Assembly (NCBI GenBank): GCA_963824525.1
Contig: CAWGPI010000004.1
Location: 458,222-522,221 of the forward strand
From: an uncultured Gammaproteobacteria bacterium
GTDB taxonomy: Bacteria > Pseudomonadota > Gammaproteobacteria > Xanthomonadales > Rhodanobacteraceae
Length of the DNA: 64,000 nt
Reading direction: 5' to 3'
Below the pieces are notes generated by a model. It did no database searches. It was not told where the DNA came from and was given only the letters and a program-made list of their open reading frames with translations. This document shows positions 38,175-47,497 of this stretch, in pieces; the stretch's first letter is position 1; every line of letters starts with the position of its first letter. Position numbers and translations under genes: made by a program.

Positions 38175-40490
38175 TCAAGACGATCTCAGGCATTGCACGT
38201 AGTACTCGCCGTCCTCCACTTCGACGCCGTGCGTGTCGTGACCAAAGCCCGGGAATTGCTTGTCCCAGCCTTGCAGGGACTTCAGATAACCGATGTGTGG
38301 CCCGTTCGCCGCCCCGGCCGCCTCACCGGGCATCACCATCGGGATGCCCGGCGGGTAGGGCACGATGCTCGTGGCGAGCACGCGCCCGGCAAGCGCGGGT
38401 AGCGCCACCCGTTCCACTTGCCCGCGCACGAGTTGCTGGTAGGCATCGGCCGGGGACATCTTGATCTCGGGCAGATGCGAATAGGCGTTTTGCAGGTGAC
38501 TGGTTTGTCCGCTCTTCTTCAGCTCGGCGAACATTTGATCGCCCAGGCCGCGCAAGCCAAGTCCCCCGTAGCGATCCGGATGACTTTTCACCAGGGAAGG
38601 CATGACCCGTGCCAGCGAGACATCCAGGTCGTAGTCGCGCTTGAAGTCCAGCATGGCTGTCAGCAAGGTGCTCCACTTCGCCTTGGTGATGCCGAGGGAA
38701 AAAAGGAACAACACGGCGAAGTCGCTGGTCTTCTCGGCTTCGATGCCGCGCGCATGCAGATAGGCCGTGAGCAGTGAAGCCGGAAAACCCGTCTTGCCGA
38801 GCGAGCCATCGTCCTCGACGCCGGGTGTCAGTACCGACACCTTGATCGGGTCGAGCATGCAATAGCCGTCCTCGAGTTTGTCGAAGCCATGCCACGTATC
38901 ACCCGGATGCATCACCCAGCAGTCCGGATCCGTCGCCAGCAGCTCTTGGGGCGCGTCTTCGAACGCGATGCGCTTGTTGCTCTTGGGATCCTTGACCTTG
39001 TCCGGATTCCAGGTGCGGAAAAACCACTCCTTCTTCTTCTCGAAGTCGCGGCGCAGGCGACCTACGACTTGCCGGAAGGTAACCGCCTCATCGATGCTCT
39101 CGCGGGTCAACGCCGTGCCGCTGATGCCATCCATCATGGATGCGGCGACCTCGTTGGACGCGATGATCGGATAGAACGGCGAGGTGGAGCCGTGCATCAT
39201 GAACGACTCATTGAAGCGCTCGTGTGGAACGGCATTGCGGCCATCGCGGACATGGATGTACGAGGCCTGCGAGAACGCCGCCAACAATTTATGGGTCGAA
39301 TGGGTGGTGAAGACCGTGGGGCCCTTCGGGTCGTGTTCCGACGCCTCGCCATGCATGGCCAGGCGCCCGGCATACAGTGGGTTGAAGCGCCCATAGCCAT
39401 ACCAGGCCTCGTCGAAATGCACGCGATCCAGCCAGCCACCCACCTCTTCGAGTACGCGCTTGACGTTGTAGCAGAGGCCGTCATAGGTGGAGTTGGTCAC
39501 CACCATGAAGACCGGGCGCTTGTCCTTGAGACCCTTCGCCAGGGGATTGGCAGCCACGGCCTTGCGAATGGCGGCCTCACCGAAGCGCTCCGGATAGATC
39601 GGCCCGATCAGGCCATAGCGGTTGCGTGATGGCACCAGGTATTGCGGTATGCCGCCGGTCAGGGTCAGGCCGTGCTCGATGGACTTGTGGCAATTTCGGT
39701 CGCACAGAACGACCTGGTCACGCCCGACGCACGCCATGAAAATGATGCGATTGGAGGTGGACGATCCATTCGTCACGGTGTAGCTGCGATGCGAACCGAA
39801 GATGCGCGAAATGTACTTCTCGCTATCGCCGATCGGCCCGTTGTGGTCGAGCAACGAGCCAAGTTCGCCGACGCTGATGGAAAGGTCGGTGCGGAATACG
39901 TGCTCGCCGTAGAAATCATAGAACGCACGGCCAGCAGGATGCTTCAGGAAGGCCGTGCCGCCGGTATGGCCGGGCGTATGCCAGGAATACTCGTGCACCT
40001 GGTTGAACGACTGGAGCGCCGACGTCAACGGTCCGAACAGCGTGTTGAAGTAGACATTCATGGCCGCCTGGACGCGCCCACCCACGAAGGTGGCGACGTC
40101 TTCGAGGAGCCAGACCAATTCGTTGATGGACTGGATCAGCTCGACGTTGAGCGTCTTGGCCTTGTCGCGTTCGGTCAACAGGAAGATCGGCACGTTCTCG
40201 TTGCGCGAACGAATCAACTTGATCAGGCTAGTGGCGGCTGCATTGTCGTGAGATTTGCCGCCATCGTCCGGCAGCGACCAATCAATCATCATCGCGTGGA
40301 TCGCCGCGTCGGAGACGATGGTCGCGCGGGCATCCTCCAGCGCCGAGACCATCACGGTCTCGATATTGCGCTCAGTGAATTCTTCCGCCAGGGTTCGGCA
40401 GGCCCGGCCCCCCGCGCTATCGAGGGAACCCGCCTTGGCATGGACCAGAAGCGCGCGGAACTTCTGGCGCTGGTTGCGACGTTCAAGCAT
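38175..40490 (-). CDS. Wing-domain PLP-dependent Lys/Arg/Orn decarboxylase, paralog 1 (AdiA-like)
   Basis: WHTPGHTGG, DRNCHKSIEHG, HFDEAWYGY, THSTHKLLAAFSQAS, PYPPGIP, FPGFGHDTHG. Confidence 0.93.
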   Translation of the reverse strand: MLERRNQRQKFRALLVHAKAGSLDSAGGRACRTLAEEFTERNIETVMVSALEDARATIVSDAAIHAMMIDWSLPDDGGKSHDNAAATSLIKLIRSRNENVPIFLLTERDKAKTLNVELIQSINELVWLLEDVATFVGGRVQAAMNVYFNTLFGPLTSALQSFNQVHEYSWHTPGHTGGTAFLKHPAGRAFYDFYGEHVFRTDLSISVGELGSLLDHNGPIGDSEKYISRIFGSHRSYTVTNGSSTSNRIIFMACVGRDQVVLCDRNCHKSIEHGLTLTGGIPQYLVPSRNRYGLIGPIYPERFGEAAIRKAVAANPLAKGLKDKRPVFMVVTNSTYDGLCYNVKRVLEEVGGWLDRVHFDEAWYGYGRFNPLYAGRLAMHGEASEHDPKGPTVFTTHSTHKLLAAFSQASYIHVRDGRNAVPHERFNESFMMHGSTSPFYPIIASNEVAASMMDGISGTALTRESIDEAVTFRQVVGRLRRDFEKKKEWFFRTWNPDKVKDPKSNKRIAFEDAPQELLATDPDCWVMHPGDTWHGFDKLEDGYCMLDPIKVSVLTPGVEDDGSLGKTGFPASLLTAYLHARGIEAEKTSDFAVLFLFSLGITKAKWSTLLTAMLDFKRDYDLDVSLARVMPSLVKSHPDRYGGLGLRGLGDQMFAELKKSGQTSHLQNAYSHLPEIKMSPADAYQQLVRGQVERVALPALAGRVLATSIVPYPPGIPMVMPGEAAGAANGPHIGYLKSLQGWDKQFPGFGHDTHGVEVEDGEYYVQCLRSS

Positions 40491-40686
40491 GGCATCACAC
40501 CTCGAATTTGATTGACGCGGGCAGTCCCGTGAGCGGATCGAAAGGCCTGTCGGAGACGCCCGCAACTTTCTCCGGGGGCGGAGAGGTGTCCACCATCCAT
40601 CTGGGCGTCGCCGTGGTCTAGTTCGCGTTGATCCCTCGATGAAATGACGGTGGGTGACTAGTGGTTCTGGCGCAATTCGTCCGCGG

Positions 40687-42177
40687 TCATGGATTCAGGT
40701 CGTAGCGCAGCGTGGTCTGTATGCGCTGGCCCTGGCCGCGCATATCGGTGAGATCGATGTTCTGGCCCCACAGGTATTCGACGCCGAGCATGGCGCGCTC
40801 GCTGAACTGCCAGGCCAGGTTGAGCGACGCGAACTTGGTGCTCTTGGGCAGGGTCTGGTCGATCAACAGGTTGGATTGGGGGCTGATGCGAAGGTAGCCG
40901 TAGGACAGGCTGCTGCTGAGATCACTGTTCCATCCGTGGGTGTAGCCGGCACCCGCGCCGCGGGCCCGAATCCCCCTCAAGTCACCCTGAGTATTAAACG
41001 CGGCATCCAAGCCCAGACCGGAGATGTCCTGCAGAAAATTGGCGTAGCCCCGCCCATTGCTGACCCAGCCCTGCACGCTGTCACGCTCGAAAAGCTTGGT
41101 GGTGCCGGTGAGTTGCGTGGCGTAGCCGTTGGTGCCTCGGGTGCGTGCCGTGGCGCTTTCAACCCGCAGGTCGCGCCACAGGTTGGCCCATTGGATATGC
41201 CAACTGGGCGCCTCCCAGCGTAGGCCGAACACGAAGTCCGGCCGCCGGGAATACGTATTGAAGCCCTCGATGGTTGTGATGTCGGCGTTCGGTTTCTCCA
41301 TCGACAGCGGCAAGGTCAACAAGCTATCGCCGTGCTTATAGAGGATCGGCGAGAAGCGGATCTGGGGGCCGTATTTGAAGGTGAAGGAGTTCGGACCCTC
41401 GTAGTCGAGCGTGTTGGGAAACACGTCGATATCGGTAAAAGCCGAGATGTTGTAGCCCGCGAGGAGCGTAAAGCGCTCGTTATCAAGCTCGCCATAGAAG
41501 TACTGAAGGTTGTACGGCATGTCGCCGGTACCGCTGCCGAAGAAGTTGTTCTTGTAGACCACCTTCAACGTGCCGTAATCGGTGTCGCGGCGAAAATCCA
41601 TGCGGAAAACGCTCTGCTTCGCGCTCATATTGGAGCGCCAGCCGGTGCCGTAGAACGGCGCCCCGCGCACGGGGATGGATGAAGGCACGAACAAGTCCTG
41701 CGCGCCCATGTAGGTGTTGTCCGCCATGGCGTCGACCTGCGCGACGAGGTCAACCTTGAGCAGATTGCCGGTATCGCCGAGGCGTACATAGCCCTCGGGC
41801 AGCGGCTCGGCGACGCCGGCCGGCGCCGACGGCGGGTGATATTGCGCGGCCTTGGCGGCCGCAAGTTCGGACGTCGGCGTGACCACGGCCGGCTTGGGCG
41901 GTGGGCTGGGCGCTTGCGCGACCGCCTGCGGTTTCGGGGCCGCCTCCTTCGCTTCGAGCTCATCCAGGCGTTGTTGCATTTTTTGCATCACCTGCTGCTG
42001 CGCCTGCATTTGCTGACGCATCTGCGCGATCTCTGCCTTCAGGTCCGCGGATGAATCCTTCGACTGGGCTAGCGCAGCCGGCGCGGCCAAGCATGCCAAC
42101 AGCGCGAAGGCCATCGACACGAGCCAGTGGCATGCCAAGGCGCTCAGCCCCGTGCGACAACGCGATCGATTGTGCAT
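40687..42177 (-). CDS. DcaP-like outer-membrane porin
   Basis: Signal peptide, N-terminal Gln-rich coiled coil, Pro/Ala linker, PNTLDYEGP, GVEYLWG, RIQTTLRY beta-strand C-terminus. Confidence 0.8.
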   Translation of the reverse strand: MHNRSRCRTGLSALACHWLVSMAFALLACLAAPAALAQSKDSSADLKAEIAQMRQQMQAQQQVMQKMQQRLDELEAKEAAPKPQAVAQAPSPPPKPAVVTPTSELAAAKAAQYHPPSAPAGVAEPLPEGYVRLGDTGNLLKVDLVAQVDAMADNTYMGAQDLFVPSSIPVRGAPFYGTGWRSNMSAKQSVFRMDFRRDTDYGTLKVVYKNNFFGSGTGDMPYNLQYFYGELDNERFTLLAGYNISAFTDIDVFPNTLDYEGPNSFTFKYGPQIRFSPILYKHGDSLLTLPLSMEKPNADITTIEGFNTYSRRPDFVFGLRWEAPSWHIQWANLWRDLRVESATARTRGTNGYATQLTGTTKLFERDSVQGWVSNGRGYANFLQDISGLGLDAAFNTQGDLRGIRARGAGAGYTHGWNSDLSSSLSYGYLRISPQSNLLIDQTLPKSTKFASLNLAWQFSERAMLGVEYLWGQNIDLTDMRGQGQRIQTTLRYDLNP

Positions 42178-42237
42178 CACTAAATCCTCGCCAATTTGCA
42201 CGGTCCGGATCGCGCGCTCACGCTGATCCGGGGCGAA

Positions 42238-43188
42238 TCAGTCCGGCAGCGCCGTCTTGTGGAACCAATCGCGCATAGCCGCATCCGGCGCACCGAAAAA
42301 CTGACCATAGATGGTGTCGATCTTTCCCGAGCGGTACAGCCTGCTCAGCGTGGTGTCCACGAGCAGGCGGAAGTCGTCGTCATTGCGGCTCAAGACGAAG
42401 GAAAGCGACTGTCGATCGAAGACTCGATCCAGCACCATCACCTGGCTGCCAGCGGGATTATGCCGGGCCAGATCGAGCAGTACGGTTCGATCGGCGACGA
42501 ACCCATTGGCTCGCCCGTCGATCACTTGTTGAAAGCCGGTGGCGAGGTCGGGAACGACGGAGACAAAAGCGTTGACGTTGAGTTCAGCCCGGCGCTCAGT
42601 CAATAAACGCTGCGCCGTAGAGCCTCCGATGGCGGCAAAACGCTTTTCCTCGAGAACCTGCAGTCTTGGCGACCCACGCCAGAGCGGCCGCACGGCTGCT
42701 TCGCGACCTTCAAGCAGATCGCGAAACGCAGCGGGTGCATCCCGGCGAACCAGGATCCCGATGCCGCTGCTCAAGACAGGTATCGAATAGCTGACGTCTG
42801 CGCGCCGCGCCAGGGTAGCCTCCGACGGTCCGCAGACCAGATCGACGCGCCTGTCTTTCACCGCGTTGTAGCGCTCGGTGGCATCGACAGCCACGAATTC
42901 CGTCGCGAGATTTGGCAGGCCTAGCTTTGACTGCACGTCGGCGGCGATCAGTCGGCACAGCGCGATGGCATAGCCATCGACCTTGCCGGATTCGTCCCGA
43001 AACGAGATCGGTCTGGCATTCGCGTAGTAGCCGAGCGTGATTTTTCCCGATGCGCGGATTCGATCCAGGGTGCTTGCTGCCTGCGCCTGCGTTTGGGCGA
43101 ATAGCATCGATGGCGCCATGGCTGCAGCGATCAGCAGCATCAACGGCCAGGTGAATTTTTTGGAAGCCATCAAACGGGCGATCTGCAT
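42238..43188 (-). CDS. Periplasmic amino-acid binding protein (GltI-like, family 3)
   Basis: Signal peptide; TLDRIRASGKITLGY, GYAIALC, VDLVCG..EATLARR, DDDFRLLVD. Confidence 0.88.
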   Translation of the reverse strand: MQIARLMASKKFTWPLMLLIAAAMAPSMLFAQTQAQAASTLDRIRASGKITLGYYANARPISFRDESGKVDGYAIALCRLIAADVQSKLGLPNLATEFVAVDATERYNAVKDRRVDLVCGPSEATLARRADVSYSIPVLSSGIGILVRRDAPAAFRDLLEGREAAVRPLWRGSPRLQVLEEKRFAAIGGSTAQRLLTERRAELNVNAFVSVVPDLATGFQQVIDGRANGFVADRTVLLDLARHNPAGSQVMVLDRVFDRQSLSFVLSRNDDDFRLLVDTTLSRLYRSGKIDTIYGQFFGAPDAAMRDWFHKTALPD

Positions 43189-43219
43189 GTGCCTCTCCTC
43201 AATTCCGCCTGCCAGTGCG

Positions 43220-44551
43220 TCAGGCAGTTCGCGCTTCTTCGACCACCAACGGAGGCGGGAATCGCGGTGCCAGGAAGCCGTAGATCACAAAGGTGAGCGC
43301 CATCGCGATAGTGCCGCCGAGGACGGCCTCCTTGCCCGAGGCGTAGATGGCATAGGTGCTGTAAAGCATCGCAACGGCGGCGACAAAGGTGTTGATGCCA
43401 TAAGTGTGTTGGCTGACGCCGGCTTTCTTCATCATGAGCATCAGCGCCGAGAGGGAAATAATGTACGGCACGACGTTGGTGACGACAGCCAGATTGACCA
43501 GTACCGCGAACTGCTTGCTCAGGCTTGGGGAGGCCGTTGATAACGCCAACCCACTCTGCACGATGCCCATGACGATCATGCCGATCACCGGTGCCGTCAG
43601 GCGGTTGGTCTTCGCAAAGAACTTGGGAAACATGCGCCCCTCGGCGGCTGTCTTGGCCGTCTGGGCGATGGTGAACTGCCATCCGAGCAGGGAGCCCAGG
43701 CAGGCAAGAATGGCCAGCGCGCGTATGACCGCACCGATGGTGGGGTTGAACATCTCCGAATAGGCGAGAGCGAATGGCGCGGTCGACTCGGCCAATTGCG
43801 CATTCGGTACGATGCCCTGGATCACCGTGGTTGACAGCACGTAGATGACGGCTGCGCCGAGTGTCCCAAGCATGCACGCAAGCGGAACATTGCGCTTCGG
43901 GTTCTCCACGGCGTCCGAGTTTTGCGCAGCGGACTCCATGCCGAGAAAAGCCCACAGTGTGAGCGCGATGCTCGAGTCCACGCCTTCGAAAAGGCTGAGT
44001 CCCTTGGGATTCCAGGCGGCCGAAAACGTGGCGCTCTTGAACCAGAACCAGCCGATGATGGACAAGCCGGCGACGGGAATGATCACGCCCCAAACCGTGA
44101 TGGAACCGATGCGCCCGGTGATGCTTGGTCCACCGAAGTTCGCGACGGTAGTCAGCCAGAGCAGGCCTATGACGCTGACGCAGGTGGCGATGGGCGTTAC
44201 CGACATGCCAGGGAAGAACACCGCGAGATAGCCAACGGCGGAAATCGCGATCGCGACGTTTCCAATCGCCAGCGAAAGAAAGTACAGGAAGAACGTGAGG
44301 AAATACCCGCCTTTTCCATAGGCATCCTCGGCGTACGCGGCCATGCCGCCAATGCGCTGATTGAACAAGCCCGCCTGCGCAAAGCCGTAGGCGATGGCCA
44401 TCGATCCGATCGCCGTGACGCCCCACGAAAGCAGTGAAATGGCGCCGACCTGGGCCATGTTGGCCGGCAGCATAATGATGCCGGAGCCCATCATGTTCAC
44501 AGCGACCAAAACGGTCAGCTGCATCATGGTCATCTTCTTGGTGCCGGGCAT
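43220..44551 (-). CDS. potE: Putrescine-ornithine antiporter-like APC transporter
   Basis: QLTVLVAVNMMGSGIIMLP, TLWAFLGMESA, GSLLGWQFTIAQ, VNLAVVTNVVPY resemble PotE. Confidence 0.82.
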   Translation of the reverse strand: MPGTKKMTMMQLTVLVAVNMMGSGIIMLPANMAQVGAISLLSWGVTAIGSMAIAYGFAQAGLFNQRIGGMAAYAEDAYGKGGYFLTFFLYFLSLAIGNVAIAISAVGYLAVFFPGMSVTPIATCVSVIGLLWLTTVANFGGPSITGRIGSITVWGVIIPVAGLSIIGWFWFKSATFSAAWNPKGLSLFEGVDSSIALTLWAFLGMESAAQNSDAVENPKRNVPLACMLGTLGAAVIYVLSTTVIQGIVPNAQLAESTAPFALAYSEMFNPTIGAVIRALAILACLGSLLGWQFTIAQTAKTAAEGRMFPKFFAKTNRLTAPVIGMIVMGIVQSGLALSTASPSLSKQFAVLVNLAVVTNVVPYIISLSALMLMMKKAGVSQHTYGINTFVAAVAMLYSTYAIYASGKEAVLGGTIAMALTFVIYGFLAPRFPPPLVVEEARTA

Positions 44552-44934
44552 CTGATTCCTCCCCCATCCTTCGATGTCAAGGAGTTTCGTATCCGGCCGA
44601 TGGACGCTCGATTCCTAGCCGGTCCGTTTTTGTCGCACCTGCAAAGGCAATTGTTTGATCCCCATAATCTCGGAAGAGGCTGCGCGTGTTCTGGTCAAAG
44701 GCGTGTGAACACCGGCGAGCGATAAAACGTCTGACCAGCGCTGCTGCAGGGGGGCTTGCTTGCTCGCGAGCCATTCGCGTTTGGTGCGCAGGGCAATGAG
44801 CGATGTTGCATGATCGAAGCAAATACGAGGACGGCCGCACTATGGCTGGCATGCTCGTGGTTAGTTTGTGCTTGACCCGGCAGGCCACGCTTTCCGGCTC
44901 ACGCCGGCATGACCGAACAACGGCGGCTCAAGCT

Positions 44935-46665
44935 TCAGTGCGCGTCACCGAACGTGGTCGACGGGCTGCTCTTCGCGCTTTGCGCATTCCATGCGGCTAC
45001 CGCCTGATCCAGATTGAAGAACAGGCGTTCGTTTCCCAAGGTCGCGCCCAGTGGCGACCGTCGCACCATCGCCAGCACGCCGGGGTTAAGCCCGACCAGC
45101 CAGAGCGTGATGCCCCGCTCTGAAAGTTTCTCTTCCGCCTCGATCAGCATCTTCAGTGCCGTGTACTCGAGATCGAATACGGCGCGCAGGTGCAGCACGA
45201 CGATGCGGGCATTCGCCTGGGCCATGAGCTGCTGGATCTTTTGGCCGAGGTGCTCTGCGTTGGCAAAGAAGATGCGCCCCTCCGGCCTCAGCAGCAGGAG
45301 GCCGGGGAACGTCTCGTCCTGGGGGTGCTCGTCGGATACGGGGCGAAACACCGTCGTGCCAGGTTTGCGGGCCAGCACGTAAACCGGAGGGTCGGAGACC
45401 TGGTAAGCGAGTGCCGCAAGCGACACGACGATGGCCACCAGGATCCCCTGCAACGTACCGAGCAGCACGACACCTGCGCACGCAATGAGCGCCCATATGA
45501 ACTCCGTGCGCCGCACGGTGATGATGGCGCGAAATTCCGCGGGCTTGATCAGGCCGATCGAATACACAATGACCACCGCCGCGAGCGTGGCGTGCGGCAT
45601 CCGCCCGATGAAAGGGGCCAAGAGCAGCATGGTGCCGAGGGAAGCGGCGGCAGTGACTAGCGCTGCCAGTTGGCTGTGTGCGCCTACGAGCCGGTTAACC
45701 GCCGTCTGGGTGGTGCCCCCGCCGGCCGGCATGGACCCAAGCAACGCGCCGCCGATATTGGAGAGGCCGGTCGCCACCAGCTCCCGATTCGGTTGTGGCA
45801 TGGGTTCACCGCTCTTGACGAAGGCTCGCCCTGACGCAATCGTTTCGGTGAAGCTCATGAGTGCGATGCCCGCGGCGGCCGGCCAGAGCGACTCGATGAG
45901 CGATAGGTCCGGCTTGGTTACCGAAGGTAGGCCCGTCGGTACATGACCGACGATGTCGACCCCGTGAGACTGAAGGCCAAATAGTGCGACGGCGCCGATC
46001 CCGCACGCCACCGCAATCAGCGGCGCGGGCGCCCGCGGCGTAAAATGTTCCATCGCCACCAGGATCACGATGGTTACTAGTCCCACGGTCACGGTCGCCA
46101 CAGACGCGTGCGGAAGGCCGGTCGCGATAGCCAGCACGTTGTGGAAAAACGTGCCCTTGGGAAAGTGGATGCCGAGGAGCTTCGGCAACTGGTCGAGCAC
46201 GATGACGACCGCGATGCCTGCCTTGAAGCCGGTCAGCACGGGATCGGAGATGAAATTCGCGACAAAGCCGAGGCGCAGGATCGCGGCGAGCGTGAGGATG
46301 GAGCCGACGAGCAAGGTCAGCGTCGCCGAGGCGCGCAGTAGGTCGGCCTCGCTTCCGCCGGGCACCACCCGCGCCAGGGCTGTTCCGGCGAGGATGGCGA
46401 GCGTCGCGGTGGTGCTCACGCTGAGAGGGCGCGACGACCCGAAGAGCGCGTAAATCACCATCGGGAAGAGCGCCGTATAAAGACCGACCTGCACGGGCAG
46501 GCCCGCCACGGTGGCATAGGCCAGGGCTTTAGGAATGACGACGGCGGCAACAGTCACGCCCGCGATGAGGTCCGGCTTGATCCATTCCCGCCGATATCCA
46601 TTGAGCCAATCCAGCGGAGCTAACAGGCGGCCGGCTGCGGAGTTCGTTGACGAATGGTGTTGCAT
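44935..46665 (-). CDS. SulP (SLC26) anion permease with STAS domain
   Basis: DLIAGVTV...GLPVQVGLY...YALFGSS, NRELVA, C-terminal STAS IFFANA. Confidence 0.93.
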   Translation of the reverse strand: MQHHSSTNSAAGRLLAPLDWLNGYRREWIKPDLIAGVTVAAVVIPKALAYATVAGLPVQVGLYTALFPMVIYALFGSSRPLSVSTTATLAILAGTALARVVPGGSEADLLRASATLTLLVGSILTLAAILRLGFVANFISDPVLTGFKAGIAVVIVLDQLPKLLGIHFPKGTFFHNVLAIATGLPHASVATVTVGLVTIVILVAMEHFTPRAPAPLIAVACGIGAVALFGLQSHGVDIVGHVPTGLPSVTKPDLSLIESLWPAAAGIALMSFTETIASGRAFVKSGEPMPQPNRELVATGLSNIGGALLGSMPAGGGTTQTAVNRLVGAHSQLAALVTAAASLGTMLLLAPFIGRMPHATLAAVVIVYSIGLIKPAEFRAIITVRRTEFIWALIACAGVVLLGTLQGILVAIVVSLAALAYQVSDPPVYVLARKPGTTVFRPVSDEHPQDETFPGLLLLRPEGRIFFANAEHLGQKIQQLMAQANARIVVLHLRAVFDLEYTALKMLIEAEEKLSERGITLWLVGLNPGVLAMVRRSPLGATLGNERLFFNLDQAVAAWNAQSAKSSPSTTFGDAH

Positions 46666-47497
46666 GGTCGCGAATACTCCCGGTGATCCGCCAATCCACC
46701 CATCGCAGGTAAACCACGTTTTCCGTCTGATCCGCCTAGACGCCTTGAAAAGGCGGAGGGCGCATTCAACGAATGCTCGCTCTGGGTCGAAGATCCCTAG
46801 ATCAAGGCGGAATCAGTACGCGCGTGCGCAAGAAAGGGAAGTGACTGGTCGCACCCAACCGCTACGCTCAGTCGTTTCTAGCATGACCAAGCTTTTGGCC
46901 AAGCCGCCGGAAAAAGTCTACACCCTCAATTGGTGGGGGCGCGCTCGGCTAGTGCACGCTGAATGTTCTGGTTGCCTGATGCTGTTGCGCCTGCTGGTCA
47001 GGCGCAGCGGAACGATATGGCCAGCAAACAGCTTGAGCAATGAAGCATGACCGCGTCCGTTCACTGCGCCTGCATGCCAGTCGCAGGTTTCCTGCAGTGG
47101 CCCGGCCCTCGATCGCAGGCTGGTTTGCCTAGAGCGACTCAGGGGGCGCAGGCGCAGGACAACGGAGACGAGCTCCGTCAGCCAGTAAATTTACGATTCT
47201 CAAGCTCACTCGATTGGTGTGATATTGGCGGCGGTGCAGGCGGGGTAGGGAGCTTCGCTGCGCATGGTTTGCCAAGGTCGGTTGGCAAGCCAGTCATGAC
47301 GAGTAAGTCGGGTTGACCAGTAATGCAACGCACGCGGACCCACGTAGATCTACGGTCCGATCGAGCGGAGTCGAGCTCGAGATGCGGGACGAGGATTTGT
47401 CGGAGTCATCGTGGACACCAGCCCCTTGTCCGACACCAAAGGGGAGCCAGAGGCGTGCTGGGGCACGTCGGCAATGCTTGCCGGTGAGAAGGTCTGA

